From positions 100,316,001 through 100,380,000 of the forward strand of contig CM097886.1 of NCBI GenBank assembly GCA_044892525.1: a stretch of 64,000 bases of DNA, in the 5' to 3' direction. This document shows positions 1 through 10,546 of the stretch, piece by piece. Both the position numbers and the translations under genes were made by a program. The stretch's first letter is position 1. Every line of letters starts with the position of its first letter. The notes under the pieces were generated by a model. The model saw only the letters and a list, made by a program, of their open reading frames with translations, was not told the DNA's origin and ran no database searches. The DNA comes from Schmidtea polychroa (lineage: Eukaryota).

Positions 1-545
1 CCCCTCAACAGTTTTTTTGATCCGGATCATTTCAACCTCTTTCGTTTATCAAATCTCTTCTAATATACAAGCTGGCCAGACTCATACATCAGAATCAATC
101 CGATAAAAGCAGCACACCTTATTATTCGCTTCTCGCTCGAATACGATTTCATCGGCGTTTTAAGCGTGCTGCTCGAAAGTACAAATGAATTCGAAAGTGA
201 ATCCGAAAGAGGTCCGAAAACAACTGAGAAATAAATGTGCACATTAAAGAATCGATCCGGGGGTGTTCGAAAGACAGGTGGCGATAATTACCGGTTCGCC
301 ACCATCACCCTTTTCAATAATTTTTTTTTCATATTTATGTTTAAAAATAAAATAATTAATAAAATAAATAAAATAAAATAAAATAAAATAAAAATAAATA
401 AAATAAAATATAAATCTAAGATACCCACACTATTATTTTCAAATTTTTAAAAAAAAAAAAACTAACCACAGTTAGGATTTGAACCGCTATCCATTTGAAC
501 CACGGTGCCGGTCTAGCCCACTGCGCTATCTAGGTTTGGATTTTT
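1..545 (+). repeat. Left TIR of Polinton 1 (1-14 plus 286-545, interrupted by a 271-bp insert at 15-285)
   Basis: 286-545 (AATTACCGGTTCGCCACCATCACCC...TCTAGGTTTGGATTTTT) is the reverse complement of the right TIR, with a few substitutions and a shorter TAAAA tract. Confidence 0.9.
449..535 (-). ncRNA. Putative Pol III tRNA-like small RNA cassette in left TIR
   Basis: On the minus strand: A-box TAGCGCAGTGG (528-518), B-box GGTTCAAATCC (485-475), then a T-run terminator (A-run 449-461). The cloverleaf is degenerate. Confidence 0.5.
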
Positions 546-638
546 GTTATTTTTTATACTGTCACATTATGAAAATAAATATAAAAACATCATAAAAAAT
601 AAAAAAACAAGGTATCCAATAAAAATTTTTTTCTAAAA

Positions 639-2159
639 ATGAATTGTAATATTTGTAATAAAGTTTTTAAAAATAAAACTGGATTAATTTCTCACTTAAA
701 ATCGAAAGCTCATTTATTAAAAGAAAACAATCTTAATGATACAAATTCAAAAGTTTGTCCTAAATGTAAAGGAAGATTTCTACATTCTGGATATAATAAA
801 CATTTTGAAAATTGTATCGGGAAAAATAGAGAAATATTTACATGTTCTCACTGTAACTTTTCAACAAAAGTAAATTTCTATTATTTAGAACATATAAAAG
901 AATGTAAAAATAAAAAACAAAATTCTGACGATGAGGAATGTCATTCAGAAGGAGAACCTGATCATGTTGAAAGAGAAAAATATAACTGGGATGATTTTAA
1001 TCATGTAGATGAATTTCAATTAGAAATCAATGGACCTATAACTCCTGGAGAATATATAAATAAAAATAAAAAAAATATTAAAAATTCTTTCACTGAAGCT
1101 TTAAAAAATTATAAACCGACAAGGTATAATGTTATAAAATATAAAATTATAATCAAAGCAAAATACTGGCGAGGAGCAGAAGAAAAGACAACACCCTTAG
1201 ATGTTGAAATTGGAATACCTTTTAAATATTTATTTTCAACTAAAGGATTTGATAAAACCATCAAAGAAATAATTCAAGCAGTAGAAGCAAAACAAGAAGA
1301 GGTTGAAAATGAATTAGGAGATTCAAACTTAGTATTCAACTCTTTCCAAACTTTAGTGATTGATTATTGGAGAGGATTACCACCTAATCCTAAATCTTAT
1401 ATTCCTACACCCTTTAAATCTAAAAATGTTATAAACATACAGAATAATGATAACAAATGTTTCATCTGGTCAATACTTGCACATTTACACCCTCAAGAAT
1501 CAAACCCTCAAAGAGTTTCAAAATACAAACAATATGAAAATGAATTAATATTTCCCAAAGGATTCAAACATCCAATGAAACTAGAAGACATTCCAAAATT
1601 TGAAAGTTTAAATAATCTTAAAATTAATATTTATGAACGTGTTAAAGGGAAACATGTTAATAGCAGAGAAATTATTCCAATTTATATTTCAGATTATGAA
1701 GTTAGAGATAATGAACCCCAGGATAACACTAGGGAGATATATCTTTTAATCTTGGAACAACAAAATAATCAACATTATGTTTTAATAAAAAACTTTCAAG
1801 CTTTTACATCACCAGAGAATCCAACTAGTGGAGGAGGAACATGTAAAAGATGTCTTCATTATTCAACAACTAAAAACTCTATGATTAAACATACAAGATT
1901 TTGTGAAAAAGATGATCCAGCTTTAATTAAAATGCCTAATAATCCCAAGATGTATTTTAAAAACTTTTCAAATTTACTACAAACAGTAGGAGTGCTTTAT
2001 GGGGACTTTGAATCTATAAATCGTAAACAAGATTTGGTTAAACAATATTTAAAAATAATAGAAAAAAATAAACTCATGGATTCCTGGAACTCCTCAGGAG
2101 AGAAGATGAAACGGAATAATCCTATTACACACTGTTTAATTAAAAACAAACTGTTTTAA
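639..2159 (+). pseudogene. polB: pPolB N-terminal part (zinc fingers, OTU-like protease region, Exo I); native sequence ends at the Merlin insertion (2112)
   Basis: CxxC..H zinc fingers; NNDNKCFIWSILAHL and HYVLIKNF motifs; Exo I YGDFES. The last ~15 codons come from the Merlin TIR. Confidence 0.88.
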
Positions 2160-3305
2160 TTAAAATACACTGTTTAAATATTTAACCAAATTATTTATTT
2201 AAAATAAAAATGCCGCGAATCCAAAATATAACAAAACTTACGGAATTAATATACAACGATGAAGAGCTAATTGCAACCAGATTTAAATCCGACAGTCTTT
2301 ATGATGACTTGAAAAAATCCAAACTTGAAGTATTAGAATTTGTGGCTAGCTTAGGACTTATTAAAAATACCATGGATTGTGAAATGTGCAATACACACAT
2401 GAAGTTAGTAAAAGCGAAAAGGCTAGTTGATGGTTATGTGTGGAGCTGCACACTCCCATGCCGAAAATCAACTTCTGTGCGATTCGACTCAATATTTTTC
2501 GATAGCAAGTTACCGCTAAAAGATTTGTTGATGACTATATTTTTTTGGTCAAAAAATCAACAACAAGATGAAATTTCTAATGATTTGACTTTAAATAAAA
2601 ATACATTGGTCGAAAAATGTAAAGATCTTCGTGAATTGTGTGCGATGGGTTTGGAGGGATTTAACGATGTATTGGGGGGTATTGATGCGGACGGAAATCC
2701 AATCGAGGTTGAGATTGACGAGTCATGTTTTTCGAAAAGGAAATATAATAGAGGCCGTCTAACAAACAGTAAGTGGGTTTTCGGCGCTTATGAAAGGGGT
2801 ACTAAGAAGTGTTTTTTGGTAATAGTGCCTAATAGGAATGCTGATACTCTATTAAGAATAATAAATACGCGTATTCTGCCAGGAACAAGAGTAATAAGCG
2901 ATGGATGGGCGGCTTATCGTCGTATAATTGAAAGCGGGCTTTTTACGCACGACGTTGTCATACATGCGGACAACTTTGTTTCACCAACAGATACAAGCGT
3001 TCATACGCAAAATATCGAATCAACATGGGCTCATGCTAAAAGAAAATTACGAAACCAATACGGATCGAAAAAATTATATTTAGCGGGTTATTTAAGTGAG
3101 TTTTTGTTTCGTCGGAAGTGTGATAAGTTTAAGGTCTTCAATGAGATTCTGCTGGTCATCCGGAAATGGTGGTAAATTATATTTAGGTTATTACTTGTGT
3201 ATTATAATTTATAATTTGTATTATAATTTGCAATAAATATTAAAACAGTTTGTTTTAAATAAAACAGTTTGTTTTTAATTAAACAGTTTATAATATGATT
3301 ATGCC
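2113..3305 (+). mobile_element. Merlin (IS1016/ISXO2-like) DNA transposon inserted in pPolB
   Basis: Imperfect ~45-bp TIRs (GGAATAATCCTATTACACACTGTTTAATTAAAAAC versus reverse complement GGCATAATCATATTATAAACTGTTTAATTAAAAAC). Perfect 8-bp TSD GATGAAAC at 2105-2112 and 3306-3313. Confidence 0.95.
2210..3175 (+). CDS. Merlin/ISXO2-like DDE transposase, intact (321 aa)
   Basis: N-terminal zinc ribbon CEMC...WSCTLPC; catalytic motifs VEIDES, VISDGWAAY and HTQNIESTW. Confidence 0.95.
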   Translation: MPRIQNITKLTELIYNDEELIATRFKSDSLYDDLKKSKLEVLEFVASLGLIKNTMDCEMCNTHMKLVKAKRLVDGYVWSCTLPCRKSTSVRFDSIFFDSKLPLKDLLMTIFFWSKNQQQDEISNDLTLNKNTLVEKCKDLRELCAMGLEGFNDVLGGIDADGNPIEVEIDESCFSKRKYNRGRLTNSKWVFGAYERGTKKCFLVIVPNRNADTLLRIINTRILPGTRVISDGWAAYRRIIESGLFTHDVVIHADNFVSPTDTSVHTQNIESTWAHAKRKLRNQYGSKKLYLAGYLSEFLFRRKCDKFKVFNEILLVIRKWW

Positions 3306-5373
3306 GATGAAACCAGAGAGGATGAAAGCCTTTCTAAGAAAAAGGAATAAACCTAATAGTGTTAAAAAAACTAAACAATTACCATCTGCTTATAAATTAT
3401 TATTTAAAAGTAATTATCCTGAACTCATAGAATCTAGAGAATATACATTTCGAGGAATTTCAGAAACAGAAGTCTTGAATCATTTTACTAAAAGTATAAA
3501 TGATCTAGAACATGAAATATTTAAAGTATTAAAAACAAACTATCCTCAAAATATTTCTAATCAACAACAACAAGAATATGAAAACACTTCCAACTGTTGG
3601 ATGTGTAAAAAACCATTTGAAGAGTCTCCGAATATAAAAGTCCTCGATCATGATCATTTAAAAAAGGAAAATAATTATCGAGGAGCAGCTCATAAAAATT
3701 GTAATCTTAATTGTCATACTCCTAAATTTGTACCTGTTATATTTCATAATCTTTTTGGTTATGACATACATCTATTTATTAAACATTTAGCAGCAAATGC
3801 TAAAAACTCTTTCAAAGTTATAGGACTTACAAAGGAAAAATATAAATCAGTTGAATATGGAAAATTAAAATTTATAGACTCGTTAAACTTTCTTCAAATG
3901 TCTCTAGATGGAATAGCTAAAACAATGAAACCAGAAGATTTTAAAATCACTCGAGAATTCTTGGAAAAAAATAATATTCCTCTAGAAGAATATCCTACAT
4001 GTTTAGCAAAAGGAATATATCCTTATGACTATGTTGACTCGTTTGAAAGATATAATGAAACAAGTCTTCCTAGCCAAGAAGATTTCTATTCACAACTTCA
4101 AAAAAATCATATTACAAATCAAGAATATTCTCGAGCAAATAAAATGTGGGAATTATTCAAGTGTAAAACTTTAGGAGAATATACAAGTATGTATTTATCC
4201 TTGGATGTTTATATTCTAGCAGATTGCTTTGAAGAATTTACAAAATCTTTTGTTCTTAAACCTTACAATTATATAACAGCACCCTCTTTAGCTTGGGATA
4301 CTTTATTATATACCATTTGGACTTCAAATATAGAAGAAGCTGATAAAATTATAGATCTTTTAACTAACCTCGATATGTTTAATCTAATTAAAACAAACAT
4401 TAGAGGAGGAGTCTCTTCAGTAATGGGGAATAGAGAAATAAAAGCTAGAAATGCAATAACTACTAGCAGAATGCTTTCAAAGACCTCTGATCCATATATA
4501 AAAATTAACAATGAGGAATTAAAAGAAATATTAGAAACAATGAAAAATCCTATATTTATACTTTATATAGATGCAACAGCTTTATATTCAGGAATTATGA
4601 CTCAATATTTACCAATGGGTGATTTCATTGAAATAGAATCATCAAAAGAACTTATAAAAGAAATACTTTCAACACCTAAAGATTCTCCAATAGGTTACTT
4701 TGTAGAATGTGACTTATTATATCCAGATGATATAAAATCAGGAACAAGATATTTCCCATTAGCTCCTGTAAGAAGAAAGATTGATATCAACGAACTTTCT
4801 GAATGGCAAATCTCACAAGATAAACCCCCAACAATGAAACTTCTTTGTGATCAAACAGATCGAAGGTTTTATCTTTGTCACTATAGACTCCTCCAATTTT
4901 ATCTTTCACGAGGTATGATATTAAAAAAAGTTCATAGTGTCATAAGATTTAAACAGAGGCCATTCATGAAAGCTTTTATCGAGGAGAACATTAGATGTCG
5001 AAACATTGCAAAAAGAGAAGGTAACCTTTTTAAAGATAATAATTATAAACTTTTAAACAATTCAGTCTTTGGGAAGACAATGGAGAATGTTGATAAATAT
5101 ACTCATATTGAACTCCTAACTAATACTGCCAAAGATATTAAGCGTTATAATCGTATGCTAGGAAAGCCTACATTTAAAAACGCACAAGTATTTTCTGAAA
5201 ATCTTACTGCAATAGAACTAAAGAATTTTGAGAAAACATACAACAAACCAATATTTATAGGATTAACAATTTTAGAACTTTACAAATGTATAAAACATAT
5301 TATAACATCTTACAACCTATATATGGTTCTAATATATCAATGCATGCAATGGATACAGATTCAATGTTTTTAA
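3295..5373 (+). pseudogene. polB: pPolB central part (HNH/EndoVII-like insert, Exo II/III, Pol motifs A and B)
   Basis: CWMC...DHDH...YRGAAHKNCNL, FHNLFGYD, KGIYPYDY, LSLDVYILAD, YIDATALY, KLLNNSVFGK. In frame with 639-2112 once Merlin is removed (EKMK-PERMK). Confidence 0.93.
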
Positions 5374-6143
5374 CAATAAGAACTCATGATTTACAAAGAG
5401 ATATAGCTGAAAATCCTATACTTTCAAATTTAATAAATTCAACTGGAGAATTATTTTCATTTAAAGATGAAAAACCTTTTACTCCTATAGAAAATGGAAT
5501 ATTTATTCGTGCTAAACAATATTCATACGAAACATTTAAAAACCCTGAATTTATAACCCGAGAAATTATATTTAAAACCCCAGAAAAAATTATTTCATTT
5601 AAATATCCTATATTCCCTAAAGGACCAGAGGGACAAGAAGAAAAACCTGTAAAGGATAACAGATGTAAAGGAATACAGAAATCCGTTGCAAAGAATCTTT
5701 CTCATCAAGATTATATAGATACATTGAATCCAAATCATAAAGATAAAATTGATGAAGTGCATCAGATTAAAAGCGAAAACCATGATATTCACTTGATAGA
5801 ATCTCAAAAAGTATCATTATCAAATTATGATGATAAGAGATTCATCCTAAGTGATTTAAAGACAACTCTTCCTATAGGAAATAATTTAATACCGATAATA
5901 AAAAATCTAGAAAAGTTGAATAAGTTATATGATACAAAAATTACTGATCTTGATATTTATAATGTTGAAATCATTTATCCCGAGAGAGAAATCGAGAAGC
6001 CTTTATATTCTCAAGTTTTTAATCCTATATGTTTAGAACTTAAATATTTTAATACTGATTCTGAATATATAAAAGGTCTAAGTGATAAAGAATTTAAAGA
6101 TCATAAATTAATGATTCATAGGTTGGCTTTCAACCATAACTGA
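5286..6143 (+). pseudogene. polB: pPolB C-terminal part (motif C), frameshifted from the central part near 5285
   Basis: MDTDSMF, IFIRAKQYSY, RCKGIQKSV, KVSLSNYDDKRFIL. Confidence 0.92.
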
Positions 6144-6237
6144 AACCAACGATATTTAATTTTTTAATAATAAAATGTCGACAATTAATTTAAGCAACTA
6201 TAGCAACCTGATCTACTTTTTTAAAAATACACCCATT

Positions 6238-6837
6238 TTATAAATAAGAATTCTTTAACCATTTCTCTCGTTTAATTTTTTTAGAATATTCATTAGTTAT
6301 AACATTAGCACTTTTTAATCTATTAATATTATTTTTAATATCTTGTATTATTTGATTTGATTTCATTATTTCATCATCAGTTAAGATTCCATCTTCCAAA
6401 GCTTTTAATTGAAATAAAAATAATTTAGAGATTCCTAATTCTATTGACAAACAAACTTCACGATATAAACTTTTCTTTTTTGAAGTATAAGATAGTGAAA
6501 CTATTTCAGTTAGGAAACCATCAGCTACTGAAATACTTCCAAGTATTACAGGTGCAATTGTTAAAACTGGTAAAGTTATAGGTAAAATAACTGTTAATAT
6601 TGCAGATGCAAATCCTAAAGAATAACCTATAACTTTTAAAACTGTATTCCCTTTATTCCATCTATTTTTAATTTTTTTATAATGCTTTAATAAATCTTGT
6701 AAATGTAAGGTTTCTGATTTAAATTCTTTTACTCTCATAATTTCAAGTTCTGTGGGAGCCGAAGGTCCCGAAGGTTTGGGGGAATAATATCCTGATGACA
6801 ATTCTGGGTAAATTTTTTCTTCTCTTACTTCTTCCAT
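6238..6837 (-). CDS. Polinton conserved membrane protein (family sometimes labelled GasderminX; name from memory)
   Basis: IYPEL N-terminus, two hydrophobic segments, SKL...KALEDGILTDDE motif. A homolog occurs in element 2 (19764-20332). Confidence 0.65.
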   Translation of the reverse strand: MEEVREEKIYPELSSGYYSPKPSGPSAPTELEIMRVKEFKSETLHLQDLLKHYKKIKNRWNKGNTVLKVIGYSLGFASAILTVILPITLPVLTIAPVILGSISVADGFLTEIVSLSYTSKKKSLYREVCLSIELGISKLFLFQLKALEDGILTDDEIMKSNQIIQDIKNNINRLKSANVITNEYSKKIKREKWLKNSYL

Positions 6838-6845
6838 TTTAATAA

Positions 6846-7823
6846 TTAAAAAAATAAGATTTTATTATCTGGTACCAATACTCGATTATCATAAGAGACT
6901 CTTGTTGAGAGAATGTCTTTATACAATTCCATCAATGCTTTACGAACTTCATCAACATCAACCTTTTTTTCATAAAATATTAAATCTATATATTGTACAA
7001 GTGTGCTTTTAAAAATAATATTCTTACTTTTAACTTTATGTGTTTTATGTGAATCAGCTTTATCATGCCAATATCCATGTGTTAAATCATAACCACTTAT
7101 TATAACATCACCCTTTTCAAACTTACTATTATAATCACATTTCACAAACCATTTCATTCTTTCATTATCATCATCAAACAAAAAGAAATAAGGATCAATA
7201 ATCTTTACAACCATAAAAACACTCCATTCTTTACTATTTGTTGTTATTAAACTTGGTTCTATAAAATGTTTATATGTATGGGGTAATAATGTTTTATTCT
7301 GTTCTAATTCAGCAGCTCTTTTTCTAATACTATGTGTGGTGTTAATGTGTGTTGTATGAGATTCTAAATTTGAAAGTCTTTTATTAAATGATGTAATCAT
7401 CTCATTTATTATATTATATATTGCATTAAATTTAGTATTCATAATTTGTTTATCTTTAGAATTTAATATGCTAGTATTTAACTTTACAACTTGTTGAGTT
7501 AACAGACTTTGTAACTTGTCAAATTTATCATTAAATCGTTGTTCGATATTATTAAGCTTTGATTCCATTGAATCAATTTTTGTTGTTAATGAACTTTCAA
7601 TTCTTTTTGTTGTCAAATCAGTATAATTTTTATTAGCAGCATCACCTTCATCAATTGGTAAAGATATATCTTTTATCTTGTGTCCATTTAAATTTAAATC
7701 TCCCTTCATTGAATCACCTCTTTCATTAATATATTTATTTTCTGTTAAAGTTAATATTTTTTCTGTATTAAACCCTGTTTTTATTGTTCCACCACCTCTA
7801 TTACAAGGAATATAAGAACTCAT
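6846..7823 (-). CDS. Putative fibre/spike-like virion protein
   Basis: GDSMKGDLNLNGHKI..ISLP..EGDAANKNY motif typical of fibre proteins, followed by a coiled coil. Homolog at 18829-19717. Confidence 0.55.
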   Translation of the reverse strand: MSSYIPCNRGGGTIKTGFNTEKILTLTENKYINERGDSMKGDLNLNGHKIKDISLPIDEGDAANKNYTDLTTKRIESSLTTKIDSMESKLNNIEQRFNDKFDKLQSLLTQQVVKLNTSILNSKDKQIMNTKFNAIYNIINEMITSFNKRLSNLESHTTHINTTHSIRKRAAELEQNKTLLPHTYKHFIEPSLITTNSKEWSVFMVVKIIDPYFFLFDDDNERMKWFVKCDYNSKFEKGDVIISGYDLTHGYWHDKADSHKTHKVKSKNIIFKSTLVQYIDLIFYEKKVDVDEVRKALMELYKDILSTRVSYDNRVLVPDNKILFF

Positions 7824-7847
7824 TTATTAATAATTTAAAATGAATCT

Positions 7848-8564
7848 TCAAACATGTTTCAAATGTAAATACATTGAAATCTCTTCTCCATTAAAATCAA
7901 TCAATTCTCCTTCTAGATTAAGAATTTTAAAATTAATATCCATTATATATTTTCTACATAAAGGTAAATAATTTGGAGGATTCATTCTTTAAACTATTTT
8001 ATATCCCATAGGAACTGTGTTTGAGGGAAAGGAATATAAAATATTACTTTGTTTACCATTATTATAAGAACCTGTTATACAATCGCAATGAATATTTATT
8101 GTGTTTGTATTTATTATTTTTATAATATTTTCTGATGTAACTTCAGGTGTGGTATAATGGTTTTGTGTAAATCCTAAAATTGTTCTAAAGAAACTATTAT
8201 TTTGAAACCTAAGTCCTATATTCTTTAAAGTCATTATACATTTTGAAGTTGGTAAATCTATTTTAATTTCAATAGCTCCATTTGTTTTTTAGAAAGTATA
8301 TTATTTAAATCTTTTATCTCATAAGCCCCGGGTTCTATTATTATTATGTTATACTCCGTTTTTGGGGGGCTTACATAACTAAATGTGTTAATATCTTTAG
8401 TTATATTAAAAATAGTATTATAAGCACAAAACCATAATAGACCTAATTCATAATTTAAATTTTGATCTAATTTTATTGAATCTTCAAAATTTATAGTAAA
8501 GTCTGATTCTTTTGAATTTATAGATAAAGTTCTCTGAATATTTATCTGACATTATGTTTACCAT
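7848..8564 (-). pseudogene. Minor capsid (penton-like) protein, disrupted
   Basis: NYELGLLWFCAYNTIFNI; FFRTILGF; INIHCDCITGSY.NG..SNILYSFP; IDFNGEEISMYLHLK. Several frameshifts or stops; the track shows only 7989-8234. Confidence 0.8.
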
Positions 8565-8588
8565 TTTTTTAAAATTATCTTCCATTTC

Positions 8589-9076
8589 TTATAGTAGAGA
8601 TTTTAAATCATTATAAATTTCTTGGATTAAGGAAGTGAAACAGTAGTCCCCTTTGGACAGAGTCCCTTGAGATTTATTCAATCTATACAAAACATATAAG
8701 CTTAAAATACCACATATTTTAGTATTATTAGGTTGAACTTGTAAAGAATTAAAAGTATAGTCTCTCTTCGAGCTTACTCCGGACAGATAGTCTTCAGCTT
8801 CTTTAGTGGGTTTAATCCCAAAAGAATCAAAGTAGATTGGGACTTCGTCCATATATATATACAAACCCAATAAGATCCTTTTTCATTTGAATTTTGATAA
8901 TTGATTATTATATTCTTTGGAGTGACCCTTTGACCTTTGACCTTCGGACCTTTCAATTCATTATTCATTAATATTTTTATTTTTAAATTTAAATAATCTG
9001 CATAATCTTTTAAATCAAAATTTGTTTTTGCATTTATTCCAAATGTTTTTAAAAAATCTAATATTGAAGGAGTCAT
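8589..9076 (-). pseudogene. Adenain-like cysteine protease, frameshifted, catalytic His replaced by Tyr
   Basis: IIINYQNSNEKGSYWV (element 2 keeps GSHWV), YFDSFG, QVQPNNTKICG; split over two ORFs. Confidence 0.87.
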
Positions 9077-9918
9077 TTTATATACTTATTAAATTTATCT
9101 TTTGAAATTATTCCTTGTTTTAACAAATCTTTAGAAATCTTTAAAATATCAGAATCTAAATTATTATGTCCTGCTTTTTTAGCTGCTAATAGTTTTCTTA
9201 ATTCAATAAAAAGATTGATTGGGTTTGCAGCCACAGGCATCCCCTTACCCTCTGTAACAACATAACCCCTTTCATTTTTATTTAAATAATTCTTTAAATC
9301 TTGAATATGTTTTGCTTTAGAACTACCATGTATTAATTTTATTAAGTTTAAATATTTATCAATTTCTTCTTTCTTAACATCATCTGGAAGATATCCAGAA
9401 ATTAATCCATGAAAACCATCTGAAAGTTCAATGTCTACACGCTCTCTATTCATAAAAGAATTTGTTGAAATAATCGCTGGATTATTTTTTGAATTTAAAT
9501 ATATATAAAATTTTTGATTATTAATTGTTATTGTTTGAAAACCTCTAGGATCATAACCTATAGTAGGTATAATTGATTTAGCTAGTGATGTATTAATTTT
9601 AAAATTAACTGGAGTCTTAAGAGGTGTTAAGCTTGAAAGAAATTCATCTTCTTCTAAATCAATAGTATTTCTACGTTTTCTTAAACCCATTAATCTTGAT
9701 AATTCCTTTTTAGAAGGTTCTATAGCTTTAAGTTCAGGGGTTAGAGGAGCTTCTATAGTTTTAAGTCCCTCTATAGCTTTAATTGTTGGCCCCTGTTGTT
9801 GTGTTATTACCTCATTTAATATTATAGATTCAGCATGTTGAGTTGTATCTTTTTTATTATATTTATCTTGTTCAGATTGTAATTTTTTTAAAAGTGCTAA
9901 TCTTTCTTCATATACCAT
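9073..9918 (-). CDS. Polinton conserved protein (C-terminal L..L.A.KKAGHNN...I...L...GII motif)
   Basis: C-terminal motif typical of a conserved Polinton ORF; homolog at 16638-17461. Confidence 0.7.
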   Translation of the reverse strand: MVYEERLALLKKLQSEQDKYNKKDTTQHAESIILNEVITQQQGPTIKAIEGLKTIEAPLTPELKAIEPSKKELSRLMGLRKRRNTIDLEEDEFLSSLTPLKTPVNFKINTSLAKSIIPTIGYDPRGFQTITINNQKFYIYLNSKNNPAIISTNSFMNRERVDIELSDGFHGLISGYLPDDVKKEEIDKYLNLIKLIHGSSKAKHIQDLKNYLNKNERGYVVTEGKGMPVAANPINLFIELRKLLAAKKAGHNNLDSDILKISKDLLKQGIISKDKFNKYIK

Positions 9919-9940
9919 TTTTATGGTATTAAAAATGGTA

Positions 9941-10546
9941 TCAATGGGGTTCGAAGGGCTTCAAGTATAAACCTTTATCATTTTTAGTTTTACAAAGGCA
10001 TCCATTCTTTAAAGATTTACATATTTTTTTTAAATCATCTTTATCTTTTGAAGATAAAGATTCAGATGTAGAAATTTGATTTTTTAAAAAATCATTTAAA
10101 CCTCTACCTTTATAAGGATCAAGATAGAGACCCTTTCCCTTGGACAGAGTCCCCTGAGACTTTTGACCTTCAGACAGAGTTCCCTCATATGGATTAAGAT
10201 AGAGGCCTTTTCGCTTAGCTTGCCCTACCTTCTTCATTGAATCGATTTCAGTTTGTAGTTTTTCTTTTTCTAGGTCTGTCTTTTGAGATTCTTTAGCTTT
10301 TTGAACTGTAGTTGCTATTCCTCCAGCTATTCCAGCAGCACCTGATAAACCAGCAATGATTGCAGGTATTAAAGCAGCTAATGGAAGAATACCACCTTCT
10401 TTAGCTTCGTGGAGCTTTGCTCTAACTTGTTCTTTTACATGTTTTCCAATAAAATATTTTTTACCATCAATTACTACTGATTTATTTTTATTTGAATTTA
10501 TTAATTCTTGCAAAGATTCTTCAGTAGAGGAACTCTTCGAGGTCAT
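9941..10546 (-). CDS. Putative core protein with adenovirus pX-like segment and GxGL protease-site repeats
   Basis: GGILPLAALIPAIIAGLSGAAGIAGGIA resembles the adenovirus pX C-terminus. Repeated KGLYL(N/D/K)P motifs. Confidence 0.6.
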   Translation of the reverse strand: MTSKSSSTEESLQELINSNKNKSVVIDGKKYFIGKHVKEQVRAKLHEAKEGGILPLAALIPAIIAGLSGAAGIAGGIATTVQKAKESQKTDLEKEKLQTEIDSMKKVGQAKRKGLYLNPYEGTLSEGQKSQGTLSKGKGLYLDPYKGRGLNDFLKNQISTSESLSSKDKDDLKKICKSLKNGCLCKTKNDKGLYLKPFEPH

